Source of the DNA: Alloascoidea hylecoeti | Lineage: Eukaryota | NCBI GenBank assembly: GCA_001600815.1 | Contig: BCKZ01000005.1 | Span: 319,532-383,531, forward strand | Direction of reading: 5' to 3' | Length of the DNA: 64,000 bases | Part shown: positions 59,866-64,000 of the stretch, one piece after another | How the letters are laid out: each line of letters begins with the position of its first letter | Numbering within the stretch: the stretch's first letter is position 1 | Notes under the pieces: generated by a model | Told to the model about the DNA's origin: nothing | The model's database searches: none | The model's input: only the letters and a program-made list of their open reading frames with translations | Translations under genes and position numbers: made by a program

Positions 59866-59897
<32 letters not shown>

Positions 59898-61701
59898 ATC
59901 AATTCAATACTCAAATAGACATCAATAAATATATATGAATTATGATTTTTGATATTAAATATTTAAAAGTTTTAAAAAAAAATTTTTTTATAGAGGATTT
60001 CTAAAAAGGAATTAAACGCATATCGGTTTCTTATGATTAATAAAGAGGACTTTGAGCACTGGAAAAGCATTTCCACTAAGAATATATTCATAATTCCGAT
60101 GAAACTGACTTACAAATCTGTGAGTTAGCGATTAGTTTTTATTATTCATCCACAGAGGAGCTTAATTGGAGTATATAGGGGTCGAACTCGTCTCCTCAAA
60201 AGTTCAACATAAAGATCTTTGATAGACGTACCAAAATCAAGTTACCTGCTGAAGAAAAAGAACTTCATAAAGGCGACGATGATCTATGAAAGCAGTAAAA
60301 AAAAAAAATTACTTATTTTTTGCATTTTTGCATCACCACCAAAAGATAATTTGTTTAAAATCGTTGAAGCATATGAAAACGGAATTTCAAATGAAGATGA
60401 ATCAATAAAGTTTTATCGACAATTATCTGAAATGGACTGATATACAAGTTCACTACCGAAACAGTCTTTCAATATTTAACACAAAAGGAGGCAGCTTCGT
60501 CTTTATCAGTTCTATAATATGTGAGACTACATTTACCTGAATCAGAGGTGGGGTTTGAATTCCCAGAGAGAAAAAAGAGAGATTCTATTATGTAAATAGA
60601 GGCTAGAACAATGGATGGTTTAGAATTGCACAAAAGTAGTTAGAAAAAATAGTAAAAAAGCTCTTTGGTAAATTTCAATCATTTGGGAATACATACTATC
60701 GAGATTATAACAATTGCATGTAAGATAGCAATCTTGAACTTCTCTGATATCCCAATACATCAATTGCATGTTTATAGCAATATTTTTAGTAAGTATTAAG
60801 TTGTCATAAATTTGACTATATTTTGAAAATGTGTTGATTTGTTGCCAAGTTCTTTAGTTATAGGTGTATAACCCTCACACAAAAAAAAAAAAAAAAAAAA
60901 GATATATATATTATCCAACATATGTATATTATCTTAATTATGAGATTAAGTAGATTTTAGTAATGCTATTCTTAACAATTTATATTTGTTTATCTGATTT
61001 GGCAACTTGTGTAACAAACTTGGATGGTAGCTAAGCTTTTTTGGGACCTTTTCTCTTTAATGGTGGGTATATTATTGCAATTGCACACATAGTAAAATAT
61101 TACAGTTTCTACATCTGTAAGTATACTAGAGGTATCAGAAATATTTCTCCCTTGATATTGCTTTATCATGAAAATGCTTGTGATCCGGGTTGAGCCATTT
61201 TTGGCACACCTCAGCCAAAGTCAGACATATGTAAAATAAAATGCATATCTTTATCATTTTTTCAATCCAACAACACACTATTGAGCAAAGCAATAATCCT
61301 AAATGTATAGTTAAGCTTATTTCTATTTAAGGCTTAAGTTTTTGTTAATGAAATGGGGAATAATTAATTAAATCAAAGTACCCATTCGATCCATTGATAC
61401 GTACAGTTACTAGTGATATCTATTAACTAGTATCATAATTCACTCCCTTTGATTGATTACTAGATTTAAAAATATATTCAGTTCCAATATAATTGATAAG
61501 CTTAAGCAGGCTTTACCATGATCCTTCTACAATAGTCATTCAAAACACATCAAGGCAACACATTATAAGCTTCAAATTTCCCTTCCTTAACATTAGAAAT
61601 ATCTTCCAGCATTATTTATTATTTGCTATTTTATCAACATCTTGACCTATAAAATAAACATACATGTACATTTAAATCATCAAAATGGTTCAAATGCACC
61701 C

Positions 61702-63000
61702 TCAAATTAATTCATCAATTGCAATGACTGGATCAATTGGAGCTCTGACAACTTTTGGCACTAAGCATGCTAAAAGGACAAATAAAATTGTTATGGATAC
61801 ACCAGATATCCTCCCAGCATTTGAAAACAATAGATATAATGCAGTTCCAATTACACGATCAGCAGTTGCAGAAATTGCCTTAAAGAGATAAACATATTTT
61901 GGTTTTAATATTACCTTACCAATGTCTCGATTAGTTGGATGTAATAATTCACCAGTTTCTGAAACAAGAGATTGTGAAGGAGCATTAAATGGAACTGTAA
62001 TATTTAAATAAACAGGTTGATGATCTGAAGTATCAATTCCTTTAATTGAATCATAGGTATGAACAATAGCAGGATCTGTTAAATATTGTTTAAATAATAT
62101 TCTATCACACCATGATGGTGTTCTTTTTGTTGTATATATTCCTGGTTTTCCTAAAACAAATTTATAAGTAGGATTAAATGAAATTTTTGCTTCATCAAAT
62201 CCAAAAAATGCATCATTTTGTTGGATAACAAGAGATAATTCATCAACTGTAGTAGCAGAATTTTTTAATAATGGGACAGATTCAGTATCAAAAGAAATTC
62301 TTTGTGTTTCAACAAATCCTGGATTAAGACTAGTAGATGCTGCATCATTGCTATGATCTGGAACTTCTGTCACTTGAGCTCTATAATTTAAATCACCCAT
62401 AAAAAATAAATGTGAACCAGGTTTATATAATCCATAACCATCACCAAAATCCAAATATTTAGCAATACTTAGGAAATCATGATTTCTTTTAATACGATTT
62501 GTAAGTCCTTCATTTGCAGCCAAATGAGCATCAACAAAAGTAAATTCAGTTTGTTCATCTTCTGATAGTTTAAGCTTAAAACGAATCCCCACAGCACCTT
62601 TCAGACTAGAAAAGAAATAACCTGTACTTGTTGATCCTTTTAATACAGATGATTTTATGACTGAATTAGGAATAGAAGTATAAATCGAAATGTATATTGC
62701 ACCAACTGATCTTGAACCAACCTTTGTATATAATGCTTCCACATCCCCATTTGTATACTTATCCTCTAATGATTTTTCAATTATATTATCCAAATGTGAT
62801 GTGAATGGTAGAGTTGAAGTTGCAAAAGAAGCATCCATGATGGGGCAGATCTCTTCAAATCCAAATACAACTAGATGGGGTGGTATATCTGGTAGGACAA
62901 AGCCTAGTCTTGGAACCAAAACATCGCTTGGGGGTGAGGCTTTGGCACAATTGTAAGTGAATAAAAAAAGGTCGATTCCGTCGATCAAACTTGACGGCAT
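61702..63000 (-). CDS. INP54: Inositol polyphosphate 5-phosphatase with hydrophobic C-terminal anchor (Inp54-like)
   Basis: FTYNCAK, KGAVGIR, AHLAANEG, FFMGDLNYR, PTYKF, RTPSWCDRIL, SDHQPV; hydrophobic tail. Confidence 0.85.
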   Translation of the reverse strand: MPSSLIDGIDLFLFTYNCAKASPPSDVLVPRLGFVLPDIPPHLVVFGFEEICPIMDASFATSTLPFTSHLDNIIEKSLEDKYTNGDVEALYTKVGSRSVGAIYISIYTSIPNSVIKSSVLKGSTSTGYFFSSLKGAVGIRFKLKLSEDEQTEFTFVDAHLAANEGLTNRIKRNHDFLSIAKYLDFGDGYGLYKPGSHLFFMGDLNYRAQVTEVPDHSNDAASTSLNPGFVETQRISFDTESVPLLKNSATTVDELSLVIQQNDAFFGFDEAKISFNPTYKFVLGKPGIYTTKRTPSWCDRILFKQYLTDPAIVHTYDSIKGIDTSDHQPVYLNITVPFNAPSQSLVSETGELLHPTNRDIGKVILKPKYVYLFKAISATADRVIGTALYLLFSNAGRISGVSITILFVLLACLVPKVVRAPIDPVIAIDELI

Positions 63001-63303
63001 AATTGATTTGAATGATAATGTATCGATAAATGATACAGTTTGACGTTAACCTTAAGGAAGGTACTAAACATCCCGTAATTTAGCAGAATAACTTACGGGA
63101 ATATAATCCCACACACAATATAATTATAATAGTGACCTTAACCTACTTACTTAATATAATTATAACAATGATCATGATGTTTCCACAGACTTCCGTAATA
63201 TCATGATGTGGAGTCTATAAAAATGGAGAGACCAATTTATTGATTTTTTTTTTGTTCTTATATTTATTTTCATTCTTTTATTCATTTGGCAGTTAACTTA
63301 TAA

Positions 63304-64000
<697 letters not shown>

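Overview
AT-rich nuclear DNA of a budding yeast (Saccharomycotina). It has short 70-78 nt GT-AG introns, a complex I subunit and CTG apparently read as Leu, so an early-branching Dipodascaceae/Trichomonascaceae-like lineage is inferred. About 20 protein genes are recognisable: a C-terminal Zn2Cys6 factor, AVO2, an NDUFB2-like subunit, NAT4, a JLP1/TauD dioxygenase, an FlbC-like C2H2 factor, SDH5, a 26-aa metallothionein missed by the ORF track, a DHA1 MFS pump, cornichon, NUF2, FAD1, MTF2, MRP10, SIR2/HST1, NBA1-like, stomatin, ROT1, FAA2-like, INP54-like and a partial, divergent CDC48. There is also an intron-less tRNA-Phe(GAA) gene, a subtilisin pseudogene and several transposon relics. Main highlight: the tRNA-Phe gene is flanked on both sides, within about 60 bp, by two different 5'-truncated poly(A)-tailed L1-like retrotransposon fragments whose 5' ends face the tRNA, the geometry of Dictyostelium TRE5/TRE3 tRNA-targeting elements. 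Also notable are an unannotated, highly structured RNA-like region of about 420-680 nt downstream of SIR2 and a sharp GC-rich island across ROT1/FAA2. All calls were made by eye; no database searches were run.
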